From contig MNTB01000030.1 of assembly GCA_001916775.1 (NCBI GenBank), positions 120,901 through 184,900 on the forward strand: DNA of 64,000 nt. Reading direction: 5' to 3'. Each line of letters starts with the position of its first letter. Within the stretch, counting starts at the first letter, position 1. Of the stretch, positions 29,718 through 38,697 are shown piece by piece. Below the pieces are notes generated by a model. That model saw only the letters and a program-made list of their open reading frames with translations, made no database searches and was not told where the DNA came from. The translations under genes were made by a program, and so were the position numbers. This stretch comes from Firmicutes bacterium CAG:321_26_22. GTDB lineage: Bacteria > Bacillota_I > Bacilli_A > RF39 > UBA660.

Positions 29718-29773
29718 GCTAAAAAATTGCGAAAAACGATTAAAAAAGTATTTTAGATACCTTTTTAGATACC
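29718..29773 (+). repeat. Direct repeat, right copy: gctaaaaaattgcga + TAGATACC doublet
   Basis: gctaaaaaattgcgaA...tagatacctttttagatacc. Confidence 0.8.
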
Positions 29774-29923
29774 TCGGGAGTAAATTCACGGGTGCTGTTG
29801 GAAGCTACCAAGTGCATTCAAGAGCAAAAAAGGACCACAAAATGCTCTCAAGAACTCCCAAAAACCTCAAATTACAAGCCTTGTGGGTCTGGTAAGAAAT
29901 ATAAGAACTGCTGTGGAAAGTAA
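29744..29923 (+). pseudogene. Start-less open frame ending in a SEC-C tail (remnant 2)
   Basis: ...ATKCIQEQKRTTKCSQELPKTSNYKPCGSGKKYKNCCGK*. Homologous to remnant 1 (ATKC...Y(K)KPCGSGKKYK.CCGK). No start codon. Confidence 0.65.
29787..29866 (+). repeat. Second array of eight phased 10-nt units
   Basis: cacgggtgct gttggaagct accaagtgca ttcaagagca aaaaaggacc acaaaatgct ctcaagaact cccaaaaacc. Same architecture as 27411-27490. Confidence 0.7.
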
Positions 29924-30047
29924 GATAAATAAATTTAATTTTGTGTCTTAAAAATAATATATTAAAAATATATAGCAAAATAGAGGTGTCACCATGAGAT
30001 AATGTGCTGGCACCTTTTAAAATAATAACTGGAGGGGGAAAATAATA

Positions 30048-31064
30048 ATGAATAATAAAGTAATTGGAAATGAAAAAAATATAATATTTTATAATGATGG
30101 AGAAGGAAATACAAAAATTGAAGTTCTTCTGCAAGATGAAGATGTTTGGTTAAATACAGAGGCATTAGCAATACTTTTTAATGTCAAAAGACCCGCTATT
30201 ACTAAACATATAAATAATATATACAACGATGGCGAACTTAGTGAAAATAGCACATGTTCCAAAATGGAACATATGGGTAATGATGGTAAACAGAGTTATA
30301 ATACAAAGTACTATAATTTAGATATGATTATTTCTATTGGATTTAGAGTTAATTCTAAGAAAGCAATTAAGTTTAGAACTTGGGCTAATAAAATAATTAA
30401 AGATTATATAATTCAAGGCTTTGCTCTAAATGATGATAGATTTATGAAAGTAAGAAAATCTGACCAAGAATATTTTAATAGATTACTAGAGAGAATTAAA
30501 TTAATTAGAACAAGTGAAAGAATGTTTTATCAAAAAATCACTGATATATTTTCAGAGTGTTCTATTGATTATGATAGGAATAGTGAGACTGCTTCTACAT
30601 TTTATAAAATTATTCAAAATAAATTTCACTATGCTATAACTGGAAAAACAGCAGCGGAAATTGTATATGATAGAGCTGATGCAAAAAAAAAGAATATGGG
30701 ACTTACTACTTGGGAAAAATCTCCTGATGGCAAGATACTTAAATCAGATATAATTATTGCTAAAAACTATTTAGCTGAAAAGGAAATTAAAGGATTAAAT
30801 AACTTAGTAAACTTATTTCTAGATATTGCAGAAAATAATGCAGAAAGAAATATTCCAATGTATATGAATGATTGGAAAAATGAAGTTGAAAATGCTTTGA
30901 AAGTTTTTCATTATGAAGCACTAGAAGGAAAAGAAAATATTTCACATAAGCAAGCAATTCAAAAAGCAACAGGTGAATATGAAAAATATAGAGTTATTCA
31001 AGATAAGAATTATATCTCTGACTTTGATAAGTTAGTTAAAGAGACTGAACAATTAGAAAAATAA
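30048..31064 (+). CDS. RhuM-family (virulence protein RhuM-like) protein
   Basis: IIFYNDGEGNTKIEVLLQDEDVWLNTEALAILFNVKRPAITKHINNIYNDGEL and YYNLDMIISIGFRVNSKKAIKFRTWA are characteristic of RhuM. GGAGGGGG RBS. Confidence 0.8.
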   Translation: MNNKVIGNEKNIIFYNDGEGNTKIEVLLQDEDVWLNTEALAILFNVKRPAITKHINNIYNDGELSENSTCSKMEHMGNDGKQSYNTKYYNLDMIISIGFRVNSKKAIKFRTWANKIIKDYIIQGFALNDDRFMKVRKSDQEYFNRLLERIKLIRTSERMFYQKITDIFSECSIDYDRNSETASTFYKIIQNKFHYAITGKTAAEIVYDRADAKKKNMGLTTWEKSPDGKILKSDIIIAKNYLAEKEIKGLNNLVNLFLDIAENNAERNIPMYMNDWKNEVENALKVFHYEALEGKENISHKQAIQKATGEYEKYRVIQDKNYISDFDKLVKETEQLEK

Positions 31065-31150
31065 ATAAAAAAATACATTTTACATTAAAGTGTATCTTTT
31101 TTTGAAACTTTTTTATTTATATATGGGATAATTATAGTGTAGGTGATAAT

Positions 31151-31690
31151 ATGACTAGTCAAGCAAACCTAGATAAGTTTAATGAATTTTATAAAGAAAC
31201 TTATTCTAATATTCTTAGATATATTATTATTAAATGTCATAATATTAATGATGTAAATGATATTATTCAAGATGTTTATTTAGAATTATGGAAGATTATG
31301 AATAAGAAAAATATTGATGATACTAATATTAATAGTTATTTAATTGGAATTGCTATTAATAAAATTAAGAAGTATTATTCTTTAGTTATGAGAATAAGAG
31401 ATATTTCTTTATTTGATAAAAATAATAATGACTTAGAAATTATAGATAAAATAGATTCTTCATTTGATATTGAAAGTTTACTTATTAAAGATGAAGAATG
31501 GAAGTCAATATGGAATTTTATTAAAAAGAAAAAGAATCAAGATGTTCCAAAAGTATTTTATTTATATTACAAAGAAGAAATGACTATTAAAGAAATTAGC
31601 AAATTACTTAATACTAAAGAATCTTATATTAAAAATCTTATTTATAGAACATTAAATGAATTATGCTTATATTTTAAGGAATGTGATTAA
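31151..31690 (+). CDS. ECF-type sigma-70 family sigma factor
   Basis: Region 2 (DVNDIIQDVYLELWK) and region 4 HTH (MTIKEISKLLNTKESYIKNLIYRTLNEL). 179 aa. Confidence 0.8.
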   Translation: MTSQANLDKFNEFYKETYSNILRYIIIKCHNINDVNDIIQDVYLELWKIMNKKNIDDTNINSYLIGIAINKIKKYYSLVMRIRDISLFDKNNNDLEIIDKIDSSFDIESLLIKDEEWKSIWNFIKKKKNQDVPKVFYLYYKEEMTIKEISKLLNTKESYIKNLIYRTLNELCLYFKECD

Positions 31691-31691
31691 A

Positions 31692-32384
31692 ATGAATAAT
31701 GAAGATAAATTAAATAAAGTTATAACAAATGATTTTGATATAAATAATAATTATACTTCTATTAGAAAGAAAATGGAAAGAGGTAATAAAATGAATAAAA
31801 TATTTAAATATAGTCTAGTACCTATGGCTATAGTTATAACTATGACTGGTGTATTTCTTTTAAATAAAAAGAGTATTACAAATAATGTATTAGATAGTAA
31901 TGTTAAAAATAATGATGTTATTATTTTTAATAATATTGATAACAATTTTGATAATGCTAAGTTAGATATTGATGGAAGAAGTGAAGATATAACTACTGAT
32001 GATTTATATAAAATATATCCATTACTTAAAGATATTGTAGTACCAAATGACTATAATATAAATGGAATAATTAAATGCTATTTATTCAATGAGAATACTG
32101 GTAAATATGATAAATTATATGGATATAATATTATTTATAGTGGTGGTAATAATAAATATATAGATATATTTATTTTAATAGATACTACTAAGAGACTTAG
32201 ATGTTTTAGTATTGATACTGATGAAATGAAAAATTCTATAGTTAATAATACTAACATTAAAATTATGGGTGGAAATAAAAATTATTATGCTATATTTAGT
32301 TATAATAATATTAATTTTGATATTGAAACTGCTGGAATATCGGAGGAAGAGGTTATTCAGTTATTAAAATCTATTATTAAATAA
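31692..32384 (+). CDS. Putative single-pass anti-sigma-like membrane protein
   Basis: ATG 1 nt after the sigma stop. A short cytoplasmic N-terminus, one TM helix (IFKYSLVPMAIVITMTGVFLL) and an extracytoplasmic domain. The call is by position only. Confidence 0.45.
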   Translation: MNNEDKLNKVITNDFDINNNYTSIRKKMERGNKMNKIFKYSLVPMAIVITMTGVFLLNKKSITNNVLDSNVKNNDVIIFNNIDNNFDNAKLDIDGRSEDITTDDLYKIYPLLKDIVVPNDYNINGIIKCYLFNENTGKYDKLYGYNIIYSGGNNKYIDIFILIDTTKRLRCFSIDTDEMKNSIVNNTNIKIMGGNKNYYAIFSYNNINFDIETAGISEEEVIQLLKSIIK

Positions 32385-32387
32385 GTT

Positions 32388-32419
32388 ATCTATCAACAGA
32401 TATTGTTGATAGATTTTTT
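32388..32419 (+). terminator. PAL-D palindrome acting as an intrinsic terminator
   Basis: atctatcaaca-gatat-tgttgatagat followed by TTTTT. Confidence 0.75.
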
Positions 32420-32471
32420 ATTGAATATTTATATTTTATATGTTATTATTTTGTTATAGGAGGAAATGTAT

Positions 32472-32732
32472 ATGAACGATAAGAATTTACCTTATGAATA
32501 TAAACCTATATCTATGTGGGGATATTTTGGATATGAAATTTTGTTTTCTATTCCTTTTATAGGTTTTATTCTACTACTAGTATTTTCGTTTGGTGGTACT
32601 AAGAATATTAACCTTAGAAATTTTGCTAGATCATATTTTTGTTTTTCAATTATTGTCATTATCTTTATCGCTATTATATTTTTATTATATGGTAGTAGTT
32701 ATGTTAATAACGACTTTGGAACTACTATTTAG
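32472..32732 (+). CDS. Small hypothetical membrane protein (86 aa)
   Basis: AGGAGGA RBS 7 nt before the ATG at 32472. Two TM helices. Confidence 0.5.
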   Translation: MNDKNLPYEYKPISMWGYFGYEILFSIPFIGFILLLVFSFGGTKNINLRNFARSYFCFSIIVIIFIAIIFLLYGSSYVNNDFGTTI

Positions 32733-32739
32733 AATTTAG

Positions 32740-32770
32740 TCTATCAATAGGTATTGTTGATAGATTTTTT
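32740..32770 (+). terminator. Second, near-identical PAL-D terminator
   Basis: tctatcaata-ggtat-tgttgataga followed by TTTTTT. Nearly identical to 32388-32419. Confidence 0.75.
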
Positions 32771-32812
32771 ATATATAGTTATGGCTTATATAAATTAGGT
32801 ATGGATGATACA

Positions 32813-32864
32813 GTATAAGAAGACTTTGACTTCTTATACCACTAGTAAGACATTTATGGCTTAC
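32813..32864. repeat. Two hairpins, the second of the HP-AG family
   Basis: gtataagaag-actttga-cttcttatac and gtaAGACatttatGGCTtac. Confidence 0.65.
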
Positions 32865-32955
32865 AGTGAACATAAAAAAGAAAATAATTTTATGTTTTAA
32901 AAATACTATTTTAATGATATAATGGTTTATATAAGATTATAAGGATGTTGGTAGT

Positions 32956-34242
32956 ATGAAAGATATTAGTGATAAAAGAGTAAATATTTCTTTAGATAAT
33001 CCTTCAATTACATTTGATAAAAATAAGTGTGATGAATGCAGTATATGTAAAAATATTTGCAAATTTAATGTTGGAGTATATGGATTTAGTAAAGATGATT
33101 ATCCTTGTATAAATTGTGGTAGTTGTACTCTAGCTTGTCCAAATAAATGTTTATCAGAAAAAGATGAAACTGATAAATTAGAAGAATATTTACATAGTAA
33201 TAAAGTTATTGTAATGCAAACTGCTCCTGCTGTTAGAGTAAGTTTAGGAGAAGAGTTTGGTATGAAACTAGGTACTAATGTAGAAGGTAAAATGATTACT
33301 GCTCTTAGAACTATTGGTGCAGATTATGTTTTTGATACTACTTTTGGAGCAGATCTTACTGTTATGGAAGAAGCAAGTGAACTAGTTAATAGAATTAAAA
33401 CAAGTAAAAATTTACCAATGTTTACTAGTTGTTGTCCTTCATGGGTAAAATTTTGTGAAATGTTTTATCCTGAATATTTAGATAACTTATCTACTTGTAA
33501 AAGTCCTATATCAATGATGGGTTCTGTTATTAATAATTATTTTTGTAAAATTAATAATCTTAAGAGAGAAGATATTATTAGTATTGTAATAGTTCCTTGT
33601 ACTAGTAAAAAGATGGAAATACTTAGATATAACGATATTGATCTTGCTATTACTACTAGAGAACTAGCTAAATATTTAAAAAAAGAAAAAATAAACCTTG
33701 CAAGATTAAAAAATAGTAGTTATAATAGTTTACTCGGTAAAGGAAGTAGCGGAGGTATTATCTTTGGTACTTCTGGAGGAGTTATGGAAGCTACTTTAAG
33801 AGAGGTATATCACATTCTTTATAAAAGATACCCTAAAGGTAGGCTTCTTAATTTTAAGTCTATTAGAGGAACTTCAAATGTTAAAGAGGCAGTAGTTAAA
33901 ATTAATGGTACTCATATTAATGTAGCTATAATCAATGGTACTGGAGATGCTAGAAAAGTAATTGAAAAAATTAAAAATAAAGAAGTTTATTATGACTTTA
34001 TTGAAGTTATGGCTTGTGAAGGTGGTTGTATCTCTGGTGGAGGTCAACCTAGAGTGTTTCCTTTAAATAAAAACTTAAAAAATAAAAGAATGAATGCTTT
34101 ATATAAAAGTGATAAAAGAATGAAAATTAGATGTGCTTCAATGAATCCAGATATAAAAGATATATATGATAATTTTTTTGGAGAAGTTGGTAGTGATATT
34201 TCTTTAAAATACTTACATACTAAACATAGAAATGAGGAATAA
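32956..34242 (+). CDS. hydA: [FeFe]-hydrogenase catalytic subunit (monomeric, with N-terminal 2x[4Fe-4S] ferredoxin domain)
   Basis: H-cluster motifs FTSCCPSWV, VPCTSKKME and MACEGGCISGGGQP. N-terminal CxxCxxCxxxC clusters. Extended -10 TGATATAAT at 32915-32923. Confidence 0.9.
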   Translation: MKDISDKRVNISLDNPSITFDKNKCDECSICKNICKFNVGVYGFSKDDYPCINCGSCTLACPNKCLSEKDETDKLEEYLHSNKVIVMQTAPAVRVSLGEEFGMKLGTNVEGKMITALRTIGADYVFDTTFGADLTVMEEASELVNRIKTSKNLPMFTSCCPSWVKFCEMFYPEYLDNLSTCKSPISMMGSVINNYFCKINNLKREDIISIVIVPCTSKKMEILRYNDIDLAITTRELAKYLKKEKINLARLKNSSYNSLLGKGSSGGIIFGTSGGVMEATLREVYHILYKRYPKGRLLNFKSIRGTSNVKEAVVKINGTHINVAIINGTGDARKVIEKIKNKEVYYDFIEVMACEGGCISGGGQPRVFPLNKNLKNKRMNALYKSDKRMKIRCASMNPDIKDIYDNFFGEVGSDISLKYLHTKHRNEE

Positions 34243-34244
34243 TA

Positions 34245-34706
34245 ATGAAAGATATTATGAATTTTGGTATTGAAGAAGCAAGAAGAACTATGAATGAAAA
34301 TAAAGGTGGTCCTTTTGGAGCTGTTATTACTGATAGTGAAGGTAATATTATTAGTGTGGCTTCAAATAGAGTATTAGAGTTACATGATGCAACTGCTCAT
34401 GCGGAAGTTATGGCTATTAGAGAAGCAGGAAAAATACTTGGTACTCACGACTTATCTAATTGTATTTTATATGCTACTGGTTATCCTTGCCCTATGTGTT
34501 TGTCCGCTATTATATGGGCAAATATTAAGAAAGTTTATTATGGTACTAATTTAAAAGATGCTGAAGATATTGGCTTTAGAGATGATTTTATTTATCGGTA
34601 TTTAGAAAATAAAGACGCAAATACTTTGGAACTTTTAGAACTTGATCATGATGAATGTTTAGAGTTATTTAATGAATATAAAACAAAAAATAAGGAAATT
34701 TATTAG
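34245..34706 (+). CDS. guaD: Guanine deaminase (CDA-fold zinc deaminase)
   Basis: GGPFGAVI, HAEVMAIREA and PCPMCLSAIIWA. Closely resembles B. subtilis GuaD over its full length (from memory). Confidence 0.75.
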   Translation: MKDIMNFGIEEARRTMNENKGGPFGAVITDSEGNIISVASNRVLELHDATAHAEVMAIREAGKILGTHDLSNCILYATGYPCPMCLSAIIWANIKKVYYGTNLKDAEDIGFRDDFIYRYLENKDANTLELLELDHDECLELFNEYKTKNKEIY

Positions 34707-34718
34707 AGGTGATTAATA

Positions 34719-36335
34719 ATGGAAAAAGTTTATATATTTGGGCATAGAAATCCCGATACTGATAGTGTTACTGCTGCTATTACACTATCTTATTTAAAAA
34801 ATAAATTAGGAATGAATACCATTCCAGCAGTACTTAGTTCTATTAATTTAGAATCTAAATTTGCTCTTAACTATTTTAATGTGCCAGAACCTATCTTTCT
34901 AAATGATGTCAATATTAAGATTAAAGATTTAAGATATACTAAAAATTATACTGTTAAAGAGAAAGATTCTATATATGAAGCTTATTTTAGAATGAACAAA
35001 GTTGGTATTAGTAAAATACCTGTTGTTGATAAAGATAAAAATATGATTGGTATTCTTAGTATGAAAGATATTGCTAAAGATCAGTTTGCTTTTAATTATA
35101 GTTATGTTGATGCTACTTATGATAATATTTGTGAAGTTATCAAAGGTACTGAGATACTTAGATTTGATGATGATATTGAAGGTGAACTACTTGTTGCATC
35201 TTATAAAAGTACTACCTTTATGGAAGAAATTACTTTAAATAAAAACAATATTTTAATTGTTGGTGATAGACATAGTATTATAGAATACGCTGTTAATTCT
35301 GGAGTTAAACTTATTGTGGTTATTGGTAATGGAAAAATGAAAGAAGAACATTTAAAAATTGCTAAAAAAAATAAAGTTAATATTATTTATACTAGTTATA
35401 ATACTTTGGAAACTACTAAGATTTTTAATTTATGTAATAATGTTACTTCTATTCTTAATACTGAGAAAATCTTATGTGTTAATGAAAATGATGACGTTAA
35501 TGATTTTATTAAATTAGCTAACAAAACTAGATATAGTTACTATCCTGTACTTAATAAAAGAGGAAAATGTAATGGTATTATAAGATTTTCTGATGTTGGA
35601 TTTAGAAGCAAAAAGAATGTTATTTTAGTTGATCATAATTCTTATGAACAATCCGCTATCGGACTTGAGGAAGCTAATATCTTAGAAATTATTGACCATC
35701 ATAATATTGGTACTATTGGTACTAATATGCCTATTAGTTTTAGAAATATGCCTGTTGGTAGTACTAATACAATTATTTATAAATTATATAAAGAAAATAG
35801 AATTGCTATTCCTAAATCTATGGCAGGCCTTATGTTATCTGGTATTTTATCTGATACTTTGATTCTTACTAGTCCTACTACTACAGATATTGATAAAGAA
35901 GCTGTAAGTGAACTTGGTAAACTAGCTAAAGTTGATTATAAAGTATATGGTAGTAAAATGATTAAAGCTGGTTCTTCACTAAAGGGTATGACTAGAGAAC
36001 AAGTTCTATATAAGGATTATAAGACTTATACAATTGATAATTCTAAGATTGGACTTGGTCAAGTTATTACTATGGATATTGATGAAGTAATGAGTGAAAA
36101 AGATGAATATGTTAGTCTTCTTAATACTGTATGTGAAAGTAATAATTACTTATTTGTATGTTTATTTATTACTAATATATTAGAAAATGGTACTTATGTA
36201 TTATTTAGTGATAGAGCTAAAGAAGTACTTGAATCATCATTTAGTATTAAAAATATTAAACAAGGTGAATTTTTAAAAGGTATTGTTTCAAGAAAAAAAC
36301 AGATTCTTCCAGTACTTATGAATGATATGGATTAA
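34719..36335 (+). CDS. ppaC: Family II (DHH) inorganic pyrophosphatase with inserted CBS/DRTGG regulatory module
   Basis: N-terminal GHRNPDTDS, DHH motif VDHNS...IIDHH, CBS pair in the insert, C-terminal DHHA2 region. 538 aa, as in CBS-PPases. Confidence 0.85.
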   Translation: MEKVYIFGHRNPDTDSVTAAITLSYLKNKLGMNTIPAVLSSINLESKFALNYFNVPEPIFLNDVNIKIKDLRYTKNYTVKEKDSIYEAYFRMNKVGISKIPVVDKDKNMIGILSMKDIAKDQFAFNYSYVDATYDNICEVIKGTEILRFDDDIEGELLVASYKSTTFMEEITLNKNNILIVGDRHSIIEYAVNSGVKLIVVIGNGKMKEEHLKIAKKNKVNIIYTSYNTLETTKIFNLCNNVTSILNTEKILCVNENDDVNDFIKLANKTRYSYYPVLNKRGKCNGIIRFSDVGFRSKKNVILVDHNSYEQSAIGLEEANILEIIDHHNIGTIGTNMPISFRNMPVGSTNTIIYKLYKENRIAIPKSMAGLMLSGILSDTLILTSPTTTDIDKEAVSELGKLAKVDYKVYGSKMIKAGSSLKGMTREQVLYKDYKTYTIDNSKIGLGQVITMDIDEVMSEKDEYVSLLNTVCESNNYLFVCLFITNILENGTYVLFSDRAKEVLESSFSIKNIKQGEFLKGIVSRKKQILPVLMNDMD

Positions 36336-36447
36336 ATGAATGTTAGTTATTACTTTAAAAGATAGATATTTATAACTATTAGAAATGATATAAAATCTAT
36401 CTTTTTTACATTTATTAACGATTTTTCTTTCTAAATAGAAAAAAATT

Positions 36448-36456
36448 TGATATAAT
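36448..36456 (+). promoter_or_regulatory. Extended -10 element (TGATATAAT) upstream of ackA
   Basis: Read directly. The same 9-mer lies upstream of many genes here (5878, 20620, 26228, 32915, 40287). Confidence 0.5.
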
Positions 36457-36479
36457 ACTAAAAGGAAAGAGGTGTTTTA

Positions 36480-37658
36480 ATGATTATATTATCAATTAAT
36501 GCTGGTAGTTCTTCTTTAAAATTCACTGGTTTTGATATGCCAAGTGAAAAAGTTCTTATCAGCGGAGTATTTGAAAGAATTGGAATTGATGGTAGTTTTT
36601 ATACTATCAAAATTAATGGAGAAAAAATAAAGAAAGAGGTGCCTTTAAAAAGTCATGAAGATGCTGTTAAAATTTTAACAGAAGAATTAATTAACTATAA
36701 TATAGTTAAAGATTTAAGTGAAATTAAAGGTGTAGGTCATAGAGTAGTTCATGGTGGAGATAAATATGCAGATAGTACTATTATAAATAAGCATGTTACT
36801 GATACTATTCGTGAATTATTTCATCTTGCGCCACTTCATAATCCCGCTAATCTAATGGGAATTGAAGCGTTTCAAGAATATATTCCTGAGGCTCCTAACG
36901 TAGCTGTATTTGATACTGGTTTTCCACAATCTATGCCAGAAGAATCTTATACTTATGCTATTCCTTATGAATGGACTAAGAAATATGGAGCTAGAAAATA
37001 TGGTTTTCATGGTATAAGTCATGAATATCTAACTGAAACTATGAAAAAAGAATTAGGTAAGGAAGATATTAATTTAATTACTTGTCACTTGGGTAATGGT
37101 AGCAGTATTTTTGCTATTAAAGATGGGAAATGCTTTGATACTAGTTTAGGCTTTTCTACTAATTCAGGACTTGTTATGGGAACTAGATGTGGCGATATAG
37201 ATGCATTTTTAATTCCTTATATCATGAGAGAAACTGGTAAAAGTCTTGATGAAGTTGTAAATATACTAAATAAAGAAAGTGGTTTACTTGGCGTTTCTGG
37301 TGTAAGTAGTGATTCAAGAGATGTTGAGGACGGAATTAAAGCGGGTAATGAAAGATGTATTCTAGCACAAAAACTATTTGTTAATAGAGTTGTTGGATAT
37401 ATTGCTAAATTATGGTGTGAATTACAAAATGTTGATGCTATCTGTTTTGCTGGTGGCATCGGAGAAAATTCTATTATGACTAGAAAACAAATTATAGATA
37501 AGTTAGCTCCTCTTGGTATTACACTAGATGAAGAAGCTAATGATATTCGTGGAGAATTTAGATTAATTACAAAAGAAGGTTCTAAAATTCCATGTTATAT
37601 AGTTCCTACTGATGAAGAGTTAATGATAGCTAGAGACACATATAGATTAATAGGATAA
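36480..37658 (+). CDS. ackA: Acetate kinase
   Basis: ILSINAGSSSLKF, GHRVVHGG, AVFDTGFPQSMP, KYGFHGISH and GGIGENS motifs. Confidence 0.95.
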   Translation: MIILSINAGSSSLKFTGFDMPSEKVLISGVFERIGIDGSFYTIKINGEKIKKEVPLKSHEDAVKILTEELINYNIVKDLSEIKGVGHRVVHGGDKYADSTIINKHVTDTIRELFHLAPLHNPANLMGIEAFQEYIPEAPNVAVFDTGFPQSMPEESYTYAIPYEWTKKYGARKYGFHGISHEYLTETMKKELGKEDINLITCHLGNGSSIFAIKDGKCFDTSLGFSTNSGLVMGTRCGDIDAFLIPYIMRETGKSLDEVVNILNKESGLLGVSGVSSDSRDVEDGIKAGNERCILAQKLFVNRVVGYIAKLWCELQNVDAICFAGGIGENSIMTRKQIIDKLAPLGITLDEEANDIRGEFRLITKEGSKIPCYIVPTDEELMIARDTYRLIG

Positions 37659-37662
37659 TATT

Positions 37663-38619
37663 ATGAATATTTATAAACAAATATTTAAGCAAATAAAAAA
37701 ATATGATACTATTGTAATTGCGAGACACATTGGTGCAGATCCTGATGCTCTTGGTTCTCAATTTGCTTTAAAAAATATTATTCTAGAACTTTTTCCAGAT
37801 AAAAAAGTTTATACAGTTGGTAATCCTGCTAGTAGATTTAAGTTTTTTGGAAGTCAAGATAAGATTGATAATCTAAATACTAGTAAGGCAATGTGTATTG
37901 TCCTAGATACTCCAGATATTAAAAGAATTGATGGAGCAAATATTAATAATTTTGAATATGTTATTAAAATTGATCATCATCCAATAATTGATAAGTATGC
38001 TAATATTGAAGTTATTGATGATAACGCATGTAGTACTTGCCAATTAATTCTTGAATTTGCTTTTGCTAATAAAATTAATTTAAGTAAAAGTGTTGGTGAA
38101 AAACTTTATTTAGGAATTGTTGGTGACACTGATAGATTCTTACATGACTATACGTCTCCTAAAACATTTAAATTAGTTAGTAAATTACTTGAACAAACTA
38201 ATATTGATTTTACTGGATTATATGGCTACTTATATCAAAGACCACTTAATGAAGTTAGATTTGAAGGATATATTTATCAAAATCTTACTTTAACAGATAA
38301 TGGTGTTGCATATATTAAAATAACTGATAAGTTTATGAAAGAATATGGTGTTGATAGTGCCGCTGCTGGTAATATGATTAATGATTTAAAATTTGTTAAT
38401 GAAATTACTGTATGGATATTCCTATCTGAGGATATTAAAAGCAACTTAATTAGGGCAAATATTAGATCTGTTGGTCCATATGTTAATGATACTGCTTCTA
38501 AATATGGTGGTGGTGGTCATAAGTATGCTTCTGGAGCTAAACTTAAAGATTGGGAAACTGCTGATAAGTTAATTAATGAGTTAGATAATTTAACAAAAAA
38601 GTACAAACAAAATGATTAA
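37663..38619 (+). CDS. nrnA: DHH/DHHA1 phosphoesterase (NrnA-like nanoRNase / pAp phosphatase)
   Basis: ARHIGADPDALGS, IDHHP and GGGGHKYASGA motifs. 318 aa. Confidence 0.75.
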   Translation: MNIYKQIFKQIKKYDTIVIARHIGADPDALGSQFALKNIILELFPDKKVYTVGNPASRFKFFGSQDKIDNLNTSKAMCIVLDTPDIKRIDGANINNFEYVIKIDHHPIIDKYANIEVIDDNACSTCQLILEFAFANKINLSKSVGEKLYLGIVGDTDRFLHDYTSPKTFKLVSKLLEQTNIDFTGLYGYLYQRPLNEVRFEGYIYQNLTLTDNGVAYIKITDKFMKEYGVDSAAAGNMINDLKFVNEITVWIFLSEDIKSNLIRANIRSVGPYVNDTASKYGGGGHKYASGAKLKDWETADKLINELDNLTKKYKQND

Positions 38620-38697
38620 TTATGCAATTAATCAGTGTTTGACTTTTTTTTGTTTATGTGTTAAAATATTTACTCGATCAAAGAGGAGGTTTATTTT

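Noticed and set aside
29805-30171. Minus-strand ORFs 29805-30134 and 29989-30171
   Set aside because: They are antisense to SEC-C remnant 2, the rhuM upstream region and the rhuM 5' end. They have no RBS and a low-complexity hydrophobic composition typical of antisense AT-rich reading.
22325-31064. KilA-N and RhuM genes as evidence for a prophage
   Set aside because: There are no integrase, repressor, terminase, capsid, tail or lysis genes anywhere in the window. The two genes are separated by secA and look like isolated cargo genes.
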